Source: Chthoniobacterales bacterium (GTDB taxonomy: Bacteria; Verrucomicrobiota; Verrucomicrobiia; Chthoniobacterales; UBA6821). From it: DNA of 64,000 nt. The notes under the pieces were generated by a model. It was given only the letters and a program-made list of their open reading frames with translations. It made no database searches and was not told the DNA's origin. Both the position numbers and the translations under genes were made by a program. Below, one piece after another: positions 19,318 through 29,191 of this stretch (position 1 is its first letter; each line of letters starts with the position of its first letter). The stretch covers positions 73,013-137,012 of the forward strand of contig JAIEQL010000014.1 in the NCBI GenBank assembly GCA_019747735.1. The letters are read 5' to 3'.

Positions 19318-20981
19318 AGAGGCGTTAGTTTTATTTTTTCGAACCCTTCGATTTCCTGATGAGAGACAATGAAAATACCACTCTTACTTAGACTCTTAGT
19401 TACAAGCTTAAAAATTGCTATCGAAGACTCTTTATGAAGTTGAGCTATTGGCTCATCCATAAACAACCACTTTGGTTGATGTAGTAGAATACGAACAAAA
19501 TTAATACGTTGTTGTTCTCCTAAGGAAAGTCTGTTTTGATAATCATGAACCTCATCTAACAAAGGAATAAGATGATCCAGTTGAGTCTGCTTCATTAAAA
19601 AAATTATTTGCTCTGGATCCATAAGTCCTAGCGAAGGATAAGAAATACATTCGCGGAGTGTTCCAATAGGCATGTAAGGCCTTTGTGGTATAATCATGGT
19701 ATCTTTATTAATCGAGATTTCTCCTCCATCAACATAAGGGTAAATACCAGAGATGACTCGCAAAAAACTGGTCTTTCCCGTTCCTGAAGGGGCCATAAGT
19801 ACCTTACGATCTCCTATTTTTAAAACAACTTCAGGAGAAGTCCATATCTTCTTCTGTTGAGGTGTTCTAATAGTTAATGAGGGAATATGCAATTTTTCTT
19901 CCTCTTTTGGTAAATAAGTTACCTGATAGTTATCTTTTTCCATTAAGGTATTAAAAGCAATCAACCGCTGAAGAGAAGCAATCCCTCCTGCTATTGTTTG
20001 AAACTGGAGTACTATGGAGGATAAGGAATTCTTAACCTGAAAGAATATTTGCTGTATCTGCATTAATACTCCCATAGTAATTAATGACTTAAAGTAAAGA
20101 GGTCCTACTAAAAAAAGAGGAACAAACATGCTTGCATTCATATAAAAGTTATCAAAGAAATTAATATAAATCTGCCGCTTTAAGACTTCATAATAGTTCC
20201 TTGTCAGAGCTCCAAATGTCTCTTGAAGACCAAGCAGCTCCGCTTCTTCTCCACTTAAAGTAGCTATCTCTTCTCGTCGTTCAAAGATCCGCATTAAGCG
20301 ATAACGAAAATCAGCCTCTTTTTTTTCTTGAAGCCGATTGAGATCAATAATAGGACCACCTATTTTAAAAATAACAACTGTCCCTATTAAAGAATAAGCA
20401 ATAGCAGCCCAGACAAGAAGTCCTGGAAAAGTTAAGTTATGACTCCCTAGTTTAAAAACAAAAGCTCTCGATAAATTCCATAAAATAATGGCAAACGTGA
20501 TAAAATTAACTCCATCTCTAAAAAAAGCTAAAAAGAGATCTATTGCTGTGTAACAAACCACGGAGATATCTTGAGCAATACGCTGATCAGGATTATCCAC
20601 CTCCTTTTTTTGAAGAGATATTTTATAAAAGTTTTTGTGAGAGAGCCACTTCTTTTGGAGCTGTTCAGTACCCCAGCGACGCCAACGAAAACTAAGCCAA
20701 GCTGTAAGATAAGTTCTGGAACAAAAGTCAAATAATAGAATAGAAACTAACGGAACAAAAACACAAACTTCATGAATGAAGGTTGCTAGGTCCTTTTTTT
20801 CGATAGCATTATAAAAATAGCGTGACCAATCAGTAAAAATTACAGCGATGTAAACAGAAATCAAACTCATCACAAGAAGAGCAATAAGTCCTCCCCATGC
20901 AATTTTCTTTTCTTGAGACTGCCACCAAGGAAAGATATATCTTTTTAAAATATTATAAATGGCACCAAGTTTATTAATCAT
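19314..20981 (-). CDS. fused ABC permease/ATPase of the SbmA/BacA-YddA type
   Basis: 555 aa with an N-terminal TM domain, Walker A (APSGTGKTS), signature LSLGEQQR and Walker B (LFMDE). Its stop overlaps the CDF stop in the sequence CTAA. Confidence 0.8.
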   Translation of the reverse strand: MINKLGAIYNILKRYIFPWWQSQEKKIAWGGLIALLVMSLISVYIAVIFTDWSRYFYNAIEKKDLATFIHEVCVFVPLVSILLFDFCSRTYLTAWLSFRWRRWGTEQLQKKWLSHKNFYKISLQKKEVDNPDQRIAQDISVVCYTAIDLFLAFFRDGVNFITFAIILWNLSRAFVFKLGSHNLTFPGLLVWAAIAYSLIGTVVIFKIGGPIIDLNRLQEKKEADFRYRLMRIFERREEIATLSGEEAELLGLQETFGALTRNYYEVLKRQIYINFFDNFYMNASMFVPLFLVGPLYFKSLITMGVLMQIQQIFFQVKNSLSSIVLQFQTIAGGIASLQRLIAFNTLMEKDNYQVTYLPKEEEKLHIPSLTIRTPQQKKIWTSPEVVLKIGDRKVLMAPSGTGKTSFLRVISGIYPYVDGGEISINKDTMIIPQRPYMPIGTLRECISYPSLGLMDPEQIIFLMKQTQLDHLIPLLDEVHDYQNRLSLGEQQRINFVRILLHQPKWLFMDEPIAQLHKESSIAIFKLVTKSLSKSGIFIVSHQEIEGFEKIKLTPL

Positions 20982-20998
20982 CTTTTTTAAAAACTAAA

Positions 20999-21331
20999 AT
21001 GACAAAAGACCTCTTTGTTAAAAAGCAGTGTGTCCCCTGCCACGCAGGGATTCCTCCTCTCAACCAGGAAGAAATTAATACATTATTACGAGAGCTCGGA
21101 AAAGCCTGGCAGCTTAATAAAGAGGGCCATCTAATCAAAGAATATTCTTTTAATGATTTTATGGAAGCAATGTTTTTTGCTAACAAAATTGCTGCTCTTG
21201 CTGAGCAAGAGGCCCATCACCCTAATTTAATCATTGCATGGGGTAGCTGTAGAGTAGAAATCTGGACTCACAAGATTGATGGATTAAGTGAAAATGATTT
21301 TATTCTAGCTTCTAAAATAGAGCTGCTTTAA
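20999..21331 (+). CDS. phhB: 4a-hydroxytetrahydrobiopterin (pterin-4a-carbinolamine) dehydratase
   Basis: 110 aa with EAHHPNL...W..V.I...TH motifs. Confidence 0.85.
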   Translation: MTKDLFVKKQCVPCHAGIPPLNQEEINTLLRELGKAWQLNKEGHLIKEYSFNDFMEAMFFANKIAALAEQEAHHPNLIIAWGSCRVEIWTHKIDGLSENDFILASKIELL

Positions 21332-22008
21332 TGAAGAGAGAAGAAAAAATTTACACCGGACTTTGTATTTTATTTTCGGTTTTGATTGTCCTTGGCAATT
21401 TGATCTATCAAAAATTTGCAACTCTTACTCTTTTCCCATGGCATACTTTTGAAATTTCTGTAGGTGCAATTCTTTATCCTCTCACCTATTTGATTACCGA
21501 CCTCATTGCCGAATTTTATGGGAAAGAAAAAGTAACTTTTTGTGTTCGTACTTCCATCGGGATGAATATCATTGTGGTGGTAATTTTATCCTTCATGGAT
21601 CAACTTCCAGCGACACCATGGTCTAAAATCGACAATGCTACTTTTCATCATGTATTTGGCCTATATGGGATCGCTTTCCTAGGGTCAGTTATTGCTTGTT
21701 ACCTTTCTCAACTAGTCGATATTTTTTTGTATCTTTCTATTCGCAAGATGACGCAAGGAAAATATCTTTGGTTGCGAAATAATGTCAGCACCTCTATTTC
21801 CCTATTGATAGACACGAGCATCGTCGTGGGGCTCATGACACTTTTTGGAGTCTTACCAAAAGAACACTTTTATTCAATCGTTGGAAACAGTTACTCTTGG
21901 AAATTATTTTTGACCATTTGCTGTACGCCTATTTTTTACGTAGCTGTTTTTTTGATAAGAAGAGCCTTTTTAAGGAATTCGCAGTTGTTCCCGTCTTCGC
22001 AGGAATGA
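21331..22008 (+). CDS. yhhQ: queuosine-precursor transporter (YhhQ/VUT family)
   Basis: Polytopic membrane protein with YPLTYLITDLIAEFYG and later VUT-family motifs. Confidence 0.8.
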   Translation: MKREEKIYTGLCILFSVLIVLGNLIYQKFATLTLFPWHTFEISVGAILYPLTYLITDLIAEFYGKEKVTFCVRTSIGMNIIVVVILSFMDQLPATPWSKIDNATFHHVFGLYGIAFLGSVIACYLSQLVDIFLYLSIRKMTQGKYLWLRNNVSTSISLLIDTSIVVGLMTLFGVLPKEHFYSIVGNSYSWKLFLTICCTPIFYVAVFLIRRAFLRNSQLFPSSQE

Positions 22009-22076
22009 TGCCTTCGTAAGGCTTGAATCCTTCAACTTCAACTTTTAGCTTCAACTTATTTTGTGAAGCAATTCTC

Positions 22077-22772
22077 ATGACTCCTTTTTCATCAGTAAAA
22101 ATCAACACTGTAAGCTCTTCTTACTTTTTGGATGCCCATCATTGTCTTGTCATTGAAAGCATCTTTACTGCTCTCGCTTTTATTGGACTCGCTGGTTATG
22201 TTTCTTTTCCGGTTCAGATTTTACTTTCCTGGGATACCTTTGCCATTACAGGGATTATTCTGAGCTGGGTGACGCTGTTAACACAAAACCCCTATGAGCT
22301 CAAACGACGTCTTCGATTGAAAGAAAGAACACGTCATTTTCTTTTCTTCATTGTGATTTTTGCAGCCGTAGCCAGTTTTGTAGCCACATGGCTGCTTCTT
22401 AGCTCCGTACGATCTTCAGGGCATCAACTTAATGGAATCATCGCTTTGGCGATTCTTACGCCAGCACTTTCATGGTTCTTAGTCCACACTCGATTTGCTC
22501 TGCAATATGCCCATTTTTATTACGCTGGTTTTTTAGAAAAACTGGAACCCAATGTGTCAAAAGGCCTCTTGTTTCCTGGAAAAGGAGAGTATCCCGACTA
22601 CCTTGACTTTGCTTATTTTTCCTTTGTCATTGGGATGACTTGCCAGGTTTCTGATGTACAAATTACCAGAAAAGGTCTACGCCTTCTGGCGCTACTGCAT
22701 GGATTAATTTCCTTTGCGTTTAACACCACGATCTTGGCATTGGTGATTAATATTGTAGCGGGAATTTTTTAG
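22077..22772 (+). CDS. DUF1345-family membrane protein
   Basis: HTRFALQYAHFYY...PDYLDFAYFSF.IGMT.QVSDV motifs. Start moved to the first ATG (MTPFSS); the listed ORF begins at TTG inside a cttcaa repeat. Confidence 0.7.
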   Translation: MTPFSSVKINTVSSSYFLDAHHCLVIESIFTALAFIGLAGYVSFPVQILLSWDTFAITGIILSWVTLLTQNPYELKRRLRLKERTRHFLFFIVIFAAVASFVATWLLLSSVRSSGHQLNGIIALAILTPALSWFLVHTRFALQYAHFYYAGFLEKLEPNVSKGLLFPGKGEYPDYLDFAYFSFVIGMTCQVSDVQITRKGLRLLALLHGLISFAFNTTILALVINIVAGIF

Positions 22773-22973
22773 AGAGAGAGCACACTCGTGTCCAAGATAA
22801 ATGGCAAAACCTTGAAAAAAAACTTGAATACAGGTGACTACCAACGTCATTTCAAAAAAGAATTCACCACAAAGAACACAAAGAGAACATTGGCAGCTGG
22901 GAAACTGCGAGGTAGGCTGCCTAAATTTGTTTAGGCAGCCCTTCAGGTTGAGACTTGACCGGATTCAAGCGAG

Positions 22974-23252
22974 TCAATTTTTTATAAAAAATTTTGAGGC
23001 TGTACCATATAGGTACTTTAAATTTTTTCCAACCCATTGTCTGAGTTGACGTAATTGAAGTTGAGGAGAAGGGTTGTTAAAACGCCATTCATATTCCTTT
23101 AAAAAGAGGTGAAAATGGTGTTTTGGAATGCCGTTAAATTTACGCATGTGACGTTTAGTTTGATTCCAAAAATTCTCTATTCCATTGATATGATTTTTGC
23201 TATCGGCGAAGCGTACAGAGTGGTTGATTCTATAGTGCCTAAAATCACCATT
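22974..23252 (-). pseudogene. IS1595-family (ISXO2-like) transposase, C-terminal remnant only
   Basis: My minus-strand translation reads ...HINGIENFWNQTKRHMRKFNGIPKHHFHLFLKEYEWRFNN...* (about 92 codons with no start). This is the conserved IS1595 C-terminus. Confidence 0.7.
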
Positions 23253-23256
23253 TATT

Positions 23257-23547
23257 TTTGAAGGTTCCTGTAATCGCTCTCTCTTTGAGACTTATGTTGA
23301 GAAAGTTCTTGTTCCTGTGCTTCAACCTGGCCAGACAGTAATCATGGATAATGCCACTTTTCATAAAGGGCATCGTGTTGCAGAGATTATAAAAAAAGCA
23401 GCATGTGAGTTGATTTTTCTACCCCCTTACTCACCTGATTTTAATCCCATTGAGCATTATTGGTTTCGGATTAAGCATCGTATACGCCAGCACTTGCCTC
23501 TCTGTAATAGAAATATTTATAAAGCCGCCCGTTATGCTTTTCAGTAA
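23257..23547 (+). pseudogene. IS630-family transposase, C-terminal (DDE) remnant only
   Basis: FEGSCNRSLFETYVEKVLVPVLQPGQTVIMDNATFHK...LPPYSPDFNPIEHYW is the IS630/Tc1 DD(35)E region. The N-terminal two thirds are missing, and an in-frame stop lies at 23233. Confidence 0.8.
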
Positions 23548-23629
23548 TCCTAAGTTAAGGTGAATAGCTATAGCCGAACTGGCACCAAATTATCCGAATA
23601 ACGGAACTGACCCCATTGCTCTTCACTTA

Positions 23630-24532
23630 TTACTCTTCACCTATTCCCCACTCTTTCAAAAGACGATTGAGATCATCCGAACCATAATACTCAATAACGA
23701 CTTCTCCCTTTTTTTCTCCATGATGCAACGTCACGCGTGTTGAGAAGCGGTGCTGCAACTTGTTTTGGAGGTGGATTAAAGCTGGAGGTAAGTCAGCTGC
23801 GGCCATTTTTCTTTTGCTTTTGCGATGTTGAGAATTTTGCGTTTTGACAAGATGAGATTCCAACATTTCCTCGGTAGCCCTTACTGAAGCGCTCCTTTGT
23901 ACGACTTGATGAGCCAACAATCGTTGTTCTTCCTGGTTTTTTAATCCCAAGAGCACCTTAGCATGGCCTACGCTCAACAGCCCCTGAACCAGCATTTCTT
24001 TTACTTCGGGGTCAAGTGTTAGCAAACGAAGAGCATTAGCAACAACTGTACGGTTTTTACCTACTCGTTTTCCAATCTCTTCCTGAGTCATTTGAAACTC
24101 ACTAACAAGTCGCTCATAGGCTACCGCTTCCTCAATAGGATTGAGTCCTTCTCGTTGGAGATTTTCAATCAAAGCTAGCTCGAGGACCTCTTGATCAGTG
24201 GCCTGGCGGACAATGACCGGGGCTTCTTGCAGGCCAACCTCTAAGGCTGCACGCAGGCGACGTTCTCCAGCAATGAGCTCATAACGACCAGCCACCATAC
24301 GGACAATCAACGGCTGAATAATGCCTCGGTCGGCAATAGAGGCAATTAGCTCTTGCAGTTGTTCCTTATGAAACTCTTTACGTGGCTGCAAAGGACTTGC
24401 CACTAATTGGGAGAGCAAGACCTGTTGAATCTGCTCTCCACGCTCTGCTTGAGGCACTGGAGAAGTAATAGCGGACGCTCCTTTAGCATTAATGAGAGAG
24501 CCAAGCCCTTTTCCTAAAGAAGATTTTGACAT
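23630..24532 (-). CDS. parB: chromosome partitioning protein ParB
   Basis: GLGKGL.SLI, ELIAGERR.RA and an HTH segment; 300 aa. No parA is adjacent. Confidence 0.9.
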   Translation of the reverse strand: MSKSSLGKGLGSLINAKGASAITSPVPQAERGEQIQQVLLSQLVASPLQPRKEFHKEQLQELIASIADRGIIQPLIVRMVAGRYELIAGERRLRAALEVGLQEAPVIVRQATDQEVLELALIENLQREGLNPIEEAVAYERLVSEFQMTQEEIGKRVGKNRTVVANALRLLTLDPEVKEMLVQGLLSVGHAKVLLGLKNQEEQRLLAHQVVQRSASVRATEEMLESHLVKTQNSQHRKSKRKMAAADLPPALIHLQNKLQHRFSTRVTLHHGEKKGEVVIEYYGSDDLNRLLKEWGIGEE

Positions 24533-24623
24533 GATGGAGAGTTTAGGAAGTTAAAAGCTTTAGAAAAAAAGGAAGACCTCGAATTAAGAAAGGTGCAAAC
24601 ATTGTGTCGCTATAAGGAGTAAA

Positions 24624-24763
24624 GAGTCTAATTCAAATGCGCTGCTGAGGATGCAGGACAAGGAACGAGGAGCACAGACCCGCAGTGTATATGGAAATAC
24701 TCGAGGAGGCGAGCACCGAAGTGACGCAGTCCTGCGCCTTAGCAGTAGCATTTGGATAGACTC
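24624..24763 (+). repeat. family A palindromic element, copy A1 (own arm type)
   Basis: Arms gagtctaattcaaatgcgctgctg / cagcagtagcatttggatagactc flank a core that is about 59/69 identical to A2 by hand alignment. Its right end overlaps the ahcY stop codon. Confidence 0.8.
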
Positions 24764-26178
24764 TAGTACCGATAATGCTCCGGCTTATAAGGTCCTTCGA
24801 CCGACACACCCAGATAAGTAGCTTGTTCAGCAGTTAAACGGGTAAGTTTCACTCCAATTTTTTCTAAATGAAGACGAGCAACTTCTTCGTCCAATTTTTT
24901 TGGCAAAACATGAACGATCGGCTGATAGCTTTCACGATTTTTCCAAAGCTCTATCTGAGCCAACACCTGGTTGCTAAAGCTGTTGCTCATCACAAAGCTC
25001 GGATGTCCTGTAGCACAACCAAGATTGACAAGACGACCTTCCGCAAGAAGAAAAATTTCATGTCCCTGTGGAAAGGTGAATTTATCAACCTGTGGCTTAA
25101 TAGTTGTTCTCTCAATTCCAGGAAAAGCGAGTAATTGATCGACTTCAATCTCGTTATCAAAATGCCCAATGTTGCAGACAATAGCTTGGTCTTTCATTTT
25201 TTTCATATGCTCCAGCGTGATGACGCCGACATTTCCGGTTGTGGTCACATAGATATCACCACGGGCCAAAGTCTCTTCGATTGTTGTTACCTCATACCCT
25301 TCCATGGCTGCTTGGAGAGCGTTAATCGGATCAATCTCGGTTATGATCACACGAGCTCCCTGCCCACGTAATGATTGAGCACATCCTTTTCCGACATCGC
25401 CATAGCCACAGATGACAGCAACCTTTCCAGAAATCATCACATCCATTGCACGGTTGAGCGCATCCACAAGGGAGTGACGGCATCCGTAGAGATTATCAAA
25501 TTTACTTTTGGTAACAGAGTCATTGACGTTGAACGCTGGAACCAAAAGTTTTCCTTGTTCCTGGAGTTTGTAGAGGCGGTGAACGCCAGTGGTTGTTTCC
25601 TCAGAAACACCCTTCCAATCTTTGGCAATTTCATGCCAACGCCGTGGGTTTTCTGCATAAATTTTTTTCAAAAGATCTTTGATTACCTGTTCTTCATGGT
25701 TGCTGGAAGGGCTATCCACCCATTTGTCCCCCTCCTCCAGCTCATATCCTTTATGAAGCAAAAGGGTAACATCACCGCCATCATCAACTACGAGCTCTGG
25801 TCCTTGACCACTTGCATGAGAAACAGCCTGATAAGTGCACCACCAATATTCTTCAAGGCTTTCGCCTTTCCAAGCAAAGACAGGAACTCCTGTCACCGCA
25901 ATGGCTGCTGCTGCATGATCTTGCGTAGAAAAAATATTACAGCTTGCCCAACGAACGCTGGCACCAAGTTCTGTCAGCGTTTCAATCAAGACTGCTGTTT
26001 GGACGGTCATGTGAAGAGAGCCCGTAATGCGCACGCCAGCAAGCGGTTTTTCTTGAGCATACTTTTTTCGAATACTCATGAGGCCCGGCATTTCTTGCTC
26101 GGCAATGAGAATTTCTTTACGTCCCCATTCGGCAAGGGAAAGGTCGGCTACTTTATAATCAATATTCTTGTTCATCAT
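24763..26178 (-). CDS. ahcY: adenosylhomocysteinase
   Basis: 471 aa; [18 protein letters not shown]-binding GYGDVGKG and C-terminal PYKPEHYRY. Confidence 0.95.
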   Translation of the reverse strand: MMNKNIDYKVADLSLAEWGRKEILIAEQEMPGLMSIRKKYAQEKPLAGVRITGSLHMTVQTAVLIETLTELGASVRWASCNIFSTQDHAAAAIAVTGVPVFAWKGESLEEYWWCTYQAVSHASGQGPELVVDDGGDVTLLLHKGYELEEGDKWVDSPSSNHEEQVIKDLLKKIYAENPRRWHEIAKDWKGVSEETTTGVHRLYKLQEQGKLLVPAFNVNDSVTKSKFDNLYGCRHSLVDALNRAMDVMISGKVAVICGYGDVGKGCAQSLRGQGARVIITEIDPINALQAAMEGYEVTTIEETLARGDIYVTTTGNVGVITLEHMKKMKDQAIVCNIGHFDNEIEVDQLLAFPGIERTTIKPQVDKFTFPQGHEIFLLAEGRLVNLGCATGHPSFVMSNSFSNQVLAQIELWKNRESYQPIVHVLPKKLDEEVARLHLEKIGVKLTRLTAEQATYLGVSVEGPYKPEHYRY

Positions 26179-26198
26179 TTTTATATTATCTTAATAAC

Positions 26199-27437
26199 TT
26201 AACAAATTTTACTACCTTTAATGCTCTTGATCAATTTGGAAGCGGCTTTCCGCAAGGCCGCGACCTTGTCTGTTCGTTCCCAAGTGATGCTCTCAAGATC
26301 ATGGATTTTTCCAAAGTGACCATAGTTGGTTGTTTTAGAATAAATCGGACGCTTTAGTTTTAACGCTGTAATAATATCAGCTGGCTTAAAACTAAAAGTT
26401 ACTTCAATAGCTTTTTTGATAACCTCTTCGGGAATAGTGGCTGTTTGAAAAGTATCGATGTGGATACTGACAGGATCAGCGCACCCAATAGCATAGGCAA
26501 ATTGGAGTTCGCATTTTTTGGCAAATCCTGCAGCCACGATGTTTTTGGCTACATAGCGCCCCATGTAGGCTGCAGAGCGATCGACTTTAGTCGGATCTTT
26601 CCCTGAAAAAGCGCCACCACCATGGCGTCCCATACCACCATAGGTATCGACAATAATTTTGCGGCCCGTAAGACCAGTGTCAGCCTGAGGTCCACCAATG
26701 ACAAAACGCCCCGTAGGATTAATGAGAAATTTTGTTTTAGCAGTGAGCATCTTGGCAGGAATCACCTTGCGAATGACTTTTTCGATAATGAAGCGCTCAA
26801 TGAAATCATGCTGCACATCAGCCGTGTGCTGTGTAGAAACAACCACATTGACGACATGAACAGGAATCCCATCTTCATATTGCACGGAGACTTGAGTTTT
26901 TGCATCAGGACGAAGCCACTTGGCTTTCCCTTCCTTGCGCAAGCGCGTTAGCTCACGCCCCAGACGATGCGCATACATGATCGGTGCTGGCATGAGCTCT
27001 GGAGTTTCATCACAAGCGTAACCGAACATGAGGCCTTGATCTCCTGCTCCTTGCTCGTGAATAATCTTGTGATCACTCTTTTTGACATCGACTCCTTGAG
27101 CAATGTCACTGCTTTGCGAGGTCAGAATGTTATCGATGAAAATTTTTTCAGCATGAAAAATATCATCGTCATGCACGTAGCCGATTTCGCTCACCACATC
27201 GCGGACAATTTTATTGATGTTGAGGTAATGTTCGATGTTTTTCCCCTTATGCTTGGGAATAGTAATTTCTCCCCCCACAATGACAACATTGCTCTTGGCA
27301 TAGGTCTCACAAGCCACACGACTGTTAGGATCAATGGTCAAACAAGCATCTAGAATAGCATCCGAAATGGTGTCACAAACTTTATCGGGATGGCCTTCTC
27401 CAACGGACTCAGAAGAAAAAATAAAATTTTTTGGCAT
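26199..27437 (-). CDS. metK: S-adenosylmethionine synthase
   Basis: FSSESV.EGHPDK.CD, GAGDQG and GGGAFSGKD motifs. Confidence 0.95.
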   Translation of the reverse strand: MPKNFIFSSESVGEGHPDKVCDTISDAILDACLTIDPNSRVACETYAKSNVVIVGGEITIPKHKGKNIEHYLNINKIVRDVVSEIGYVHDDDIFHAEKIFIDNILTSQSSDIAQGVDVKKSDHKIIHEQGAGDQGLMFGYACDETPELMPAPIMYAHRLGRELTRLRKEGKAKWLRPDAKTQVSVQYEDGIPVHVVNVVVSTQHTADVQHDFIERFIIEKVIRKVIPAKMLTAKTKFLINPTGRFVIGGPQADTGLTGRKIIVDTYGGMGRHGGGAFSGKDPTKVDRSAAYMGRYVAKNIVAAGFAKKCELQFAYAIGCADPVSIHIDTFQTATIPEEVIKKAIEVTFSFKPADIITALKLKRPIYSKTTNYGHFGKIHDLESITWERTDKVAALRKAASKLIKSIKGSKIC

Positions 27438-27519
27438 AACGAGGACTGTTTTGAAATGATTTTAAAGATGGTTAGACCTATCAATATATTCGTATATGTA
27501 AATATGTATACGGTCAATG

Positions 27520-27969
27520 TTAGTTTTTTCTTTTGCTCTTCTTTTCCCCTTCTTCATCTAAGTCCAGAAAATCAAATAAAGTCTGGATATCAGTGCGATC
27601 TTCATAGCCGCCTTCTTTTAGGCGCCGCTGCAGAATTTCAGAAGCACTATCGCGCCAGCCAGCCTTCCTCATATACTGGTTCCAAATCATGATCTCCTCT
27701 TGGGTATGAGTCTTGCCATGGTTGAGGCACCAGTTCCAAGCCTCTTCATCAGTGGCTCCTGCAAGCACTACTTTTTTTAAATCTTCGTAGTCGACTCGTA
27801 AAAAACGGAGGCAATTCCCGTCAAATTTTTCGCTATGACCAAGATTGGCAATGTAGGCCTCAGGGAGTTTTCCAGCCGCATTTAATCTGATTTTATCAAG
27901 CATGCGGCCAAAATAGACAAGGCCATGAACTGTTTCATACGGGCTGCGTGGAAAGGAGTCTGTTTTCAT
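27520..27969 (-). CDS. DUF5069-family protein
   Basis: PRSP......G.VYFGRMLDKIR motif as I remember it for DUF5069. 149 aa with an acidic/basic tail. Confidence 0.6.
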   Translation of the reverse strand: MKTDSFPRSPYETVHGLVYFGRMLDKIRLNAAGKLPEAYIANLGHSEKFDGNCLRFLRVDYEDLKKVVLAGATDEEAWNWCLNHGKTHTQEEIMIWNQYMRKAGWRDSASEILQRRLKEGGYEDRTDIQTLFDFLDLDEEGEKKSKRKN

Positions 27970-27978
27970 AAAGTTTTG

Positions 27979-28007
27979 CTAACTGTTAACGTGGCGTTGA
28001 CAGTTAG
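27979..28007. promoter_or_regulatory. 13-nt inverted repeat CTAACTGTTAACG-tgg-CGTTGACAGTTAG, candidate operator in a divergent promoter region
   Basis: 12/13 complementary arms with a 3-nt spacer. Lies 10 nt upstream of the DUF5069 start and about 245 nt upstream of the SahR-like gene. Confidence 0.35.
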
Positions 28008-28251
28008 GAGATAGAAGATGGAAGATAGGAGATGGAAGTCAAGGCCTGCTATTGCAGGCAAGAAATAATGTTATATACCTTTCTCGAATGAATTTTAGGA
28101 ATTTCCAGTGATTTTTTTTAGCGCTATTCCCGTCTACGTGAAAAGGACGTAGCATTATCAGAGCTTGCTGTTACCTCGTAAAAAGTAATTTTTAAATTTG
28201 CCGAAGGCGGCAAGCTCTACTCTATTTTCCATCCTTTATCTTCAACTACCA

Positions 28252-29181
28252 ATGTCCTCCATTCTTCCTCTCATGCGTCTTCTTTCAGAACCGACGCGCC
28301 TTCGTTTAGTGTTACTCTTAATGGAGGAAGAACTCACCGTGGCAGAGCTTCAAGAAATCTTGAGCATGGGACAATCCCGAGTTTCAGCAAGTCTCGCTCA
28401 ACTCCGTCGTCAAAATTTACTAGCCCATCGACGTGTTGGTAAAAATATTTACTATTCCCTTTTGCCTTCGGTGTTAGATCCCCTCACCGCCATGCTCAAA
28501 GCCGCTCAAAATGAGCTTCCTGAATCTCACAGAGATCAACGGGCACTCAAGTTAGTGTTAAATAAACGTCGCGATCGTGCTGCTGACTATTTTGAAAAAC
28601 TTGCTGGAAAATTTGGACATGCCTATGTTCCTGGGCGCTCTTGGCAAGCCTTGGCTCATGGTTTGTTGCGACTTCTTCCACCGCTAGTGATTGCTGATCT
28701 TGGTGCAGGAGAAGGAACGTTGTCACAACTCTTGGCTCGTTCTGCCAAAGAAGTCATCGCTATTGACAACCTCCCTAAGGTCGTTGCCTATGGAACTCAG
28801 CTTGCTCAGCAAAATGGATTTCACAATCTTCAATATAGGCTTGGAGAGATTGAAGATCCACCCATCAAAAATAATTATGTTGATATTGCCCTTCTAAGCC
28901 AGGCTCTCCACCACGCTGGCAGCCCTCAGCGCGCTATTGATGCCACTTTTCGTATTCTAAAACCAGGAGGAAAAATCCTGATCCTTGATTTAGCAAGTCA
29001 TACTTACGAACAAGCCAAAAAATTGTATGGCCATATCTGGCTCGGTTTTTCTAACGTGGAACTTCACGAATTGCTAAGAAAATCAGGTTTTAAAAACATA
29101 GAAGTTTATCTTGTCGGAAAAGAAGAAGGAGCTCCTCACTTTCAAACGATCTTGGCTACAGGAATGAAGTCAGAAAGGTAG
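28252..29181 (+). CDS. sahR: ArsR-family HTH fused to a SAM-methyltransferase-like domain (SahR-like regulator)
   Basis: N-terminal ArsR wHTH (LSEPTRLRLVLLL...ELTVAEL...SRVSASLAQLR) and C-terminal class I MTase fold (DLGAGEG...ILKPGGKILILD). Start placed at the first ATG. The neighbourhood contains metK-ahcY. Confidence 0.7.
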   Translation: MSSILPLMRLLSEPTRLRLVLLLMEEELTVAELQEILSMGQSRVSASLAQLRRQNLLAHRRVGKNIYYSLLPSVLDPLTAMLKAAQNELPESHRDQRALKLVLNKRRDRAADYFEKLAGKFGHAYVPGRSWQALAHGLLRLLPPLVIADLGAGEGTLSQLLARSAKEVIAIDNLPKVVAYGTQLAQQNGFHNLQYRLGEIEDPPIKNNYVDIALLSQALHHAGSPQRAIDATFRILKPGGKILILDLASHTYEQAKKLYGHIWLGFSNVELHELLRKSGFKNIEVYLVGKEEGAPHFQTILATGMKSER

Positions 29182-29191
29182 TTTCTTCTAG

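Noticed and set aside
22834-23049. 71-aa plus-strand ORF
   Set aside because: It overlaps the IS1595 remnant on the opposite strand and a hairpin, starts in a spacer, and has no recognisable features.
25375-26202. 275-aa plus-strand ORF, with neighbours at 24868.. and 25135..
   Set aside because: It lies entirely antisense to the strongly supported ahcY gene. The product is low-complexity with no recognisable motif, as expected for a shadow ORF.
26622-27353. Plus-strand ORFs of 109 and 128 aa
   Set aside because: Both are antisense shadows of metK.
27438-27519. SAM riboswitch upstream of metK
   Set aside because: The leader is only 82 nt, AT-rich, and lacks the conserved SAM-I/II/IV core helices I know.
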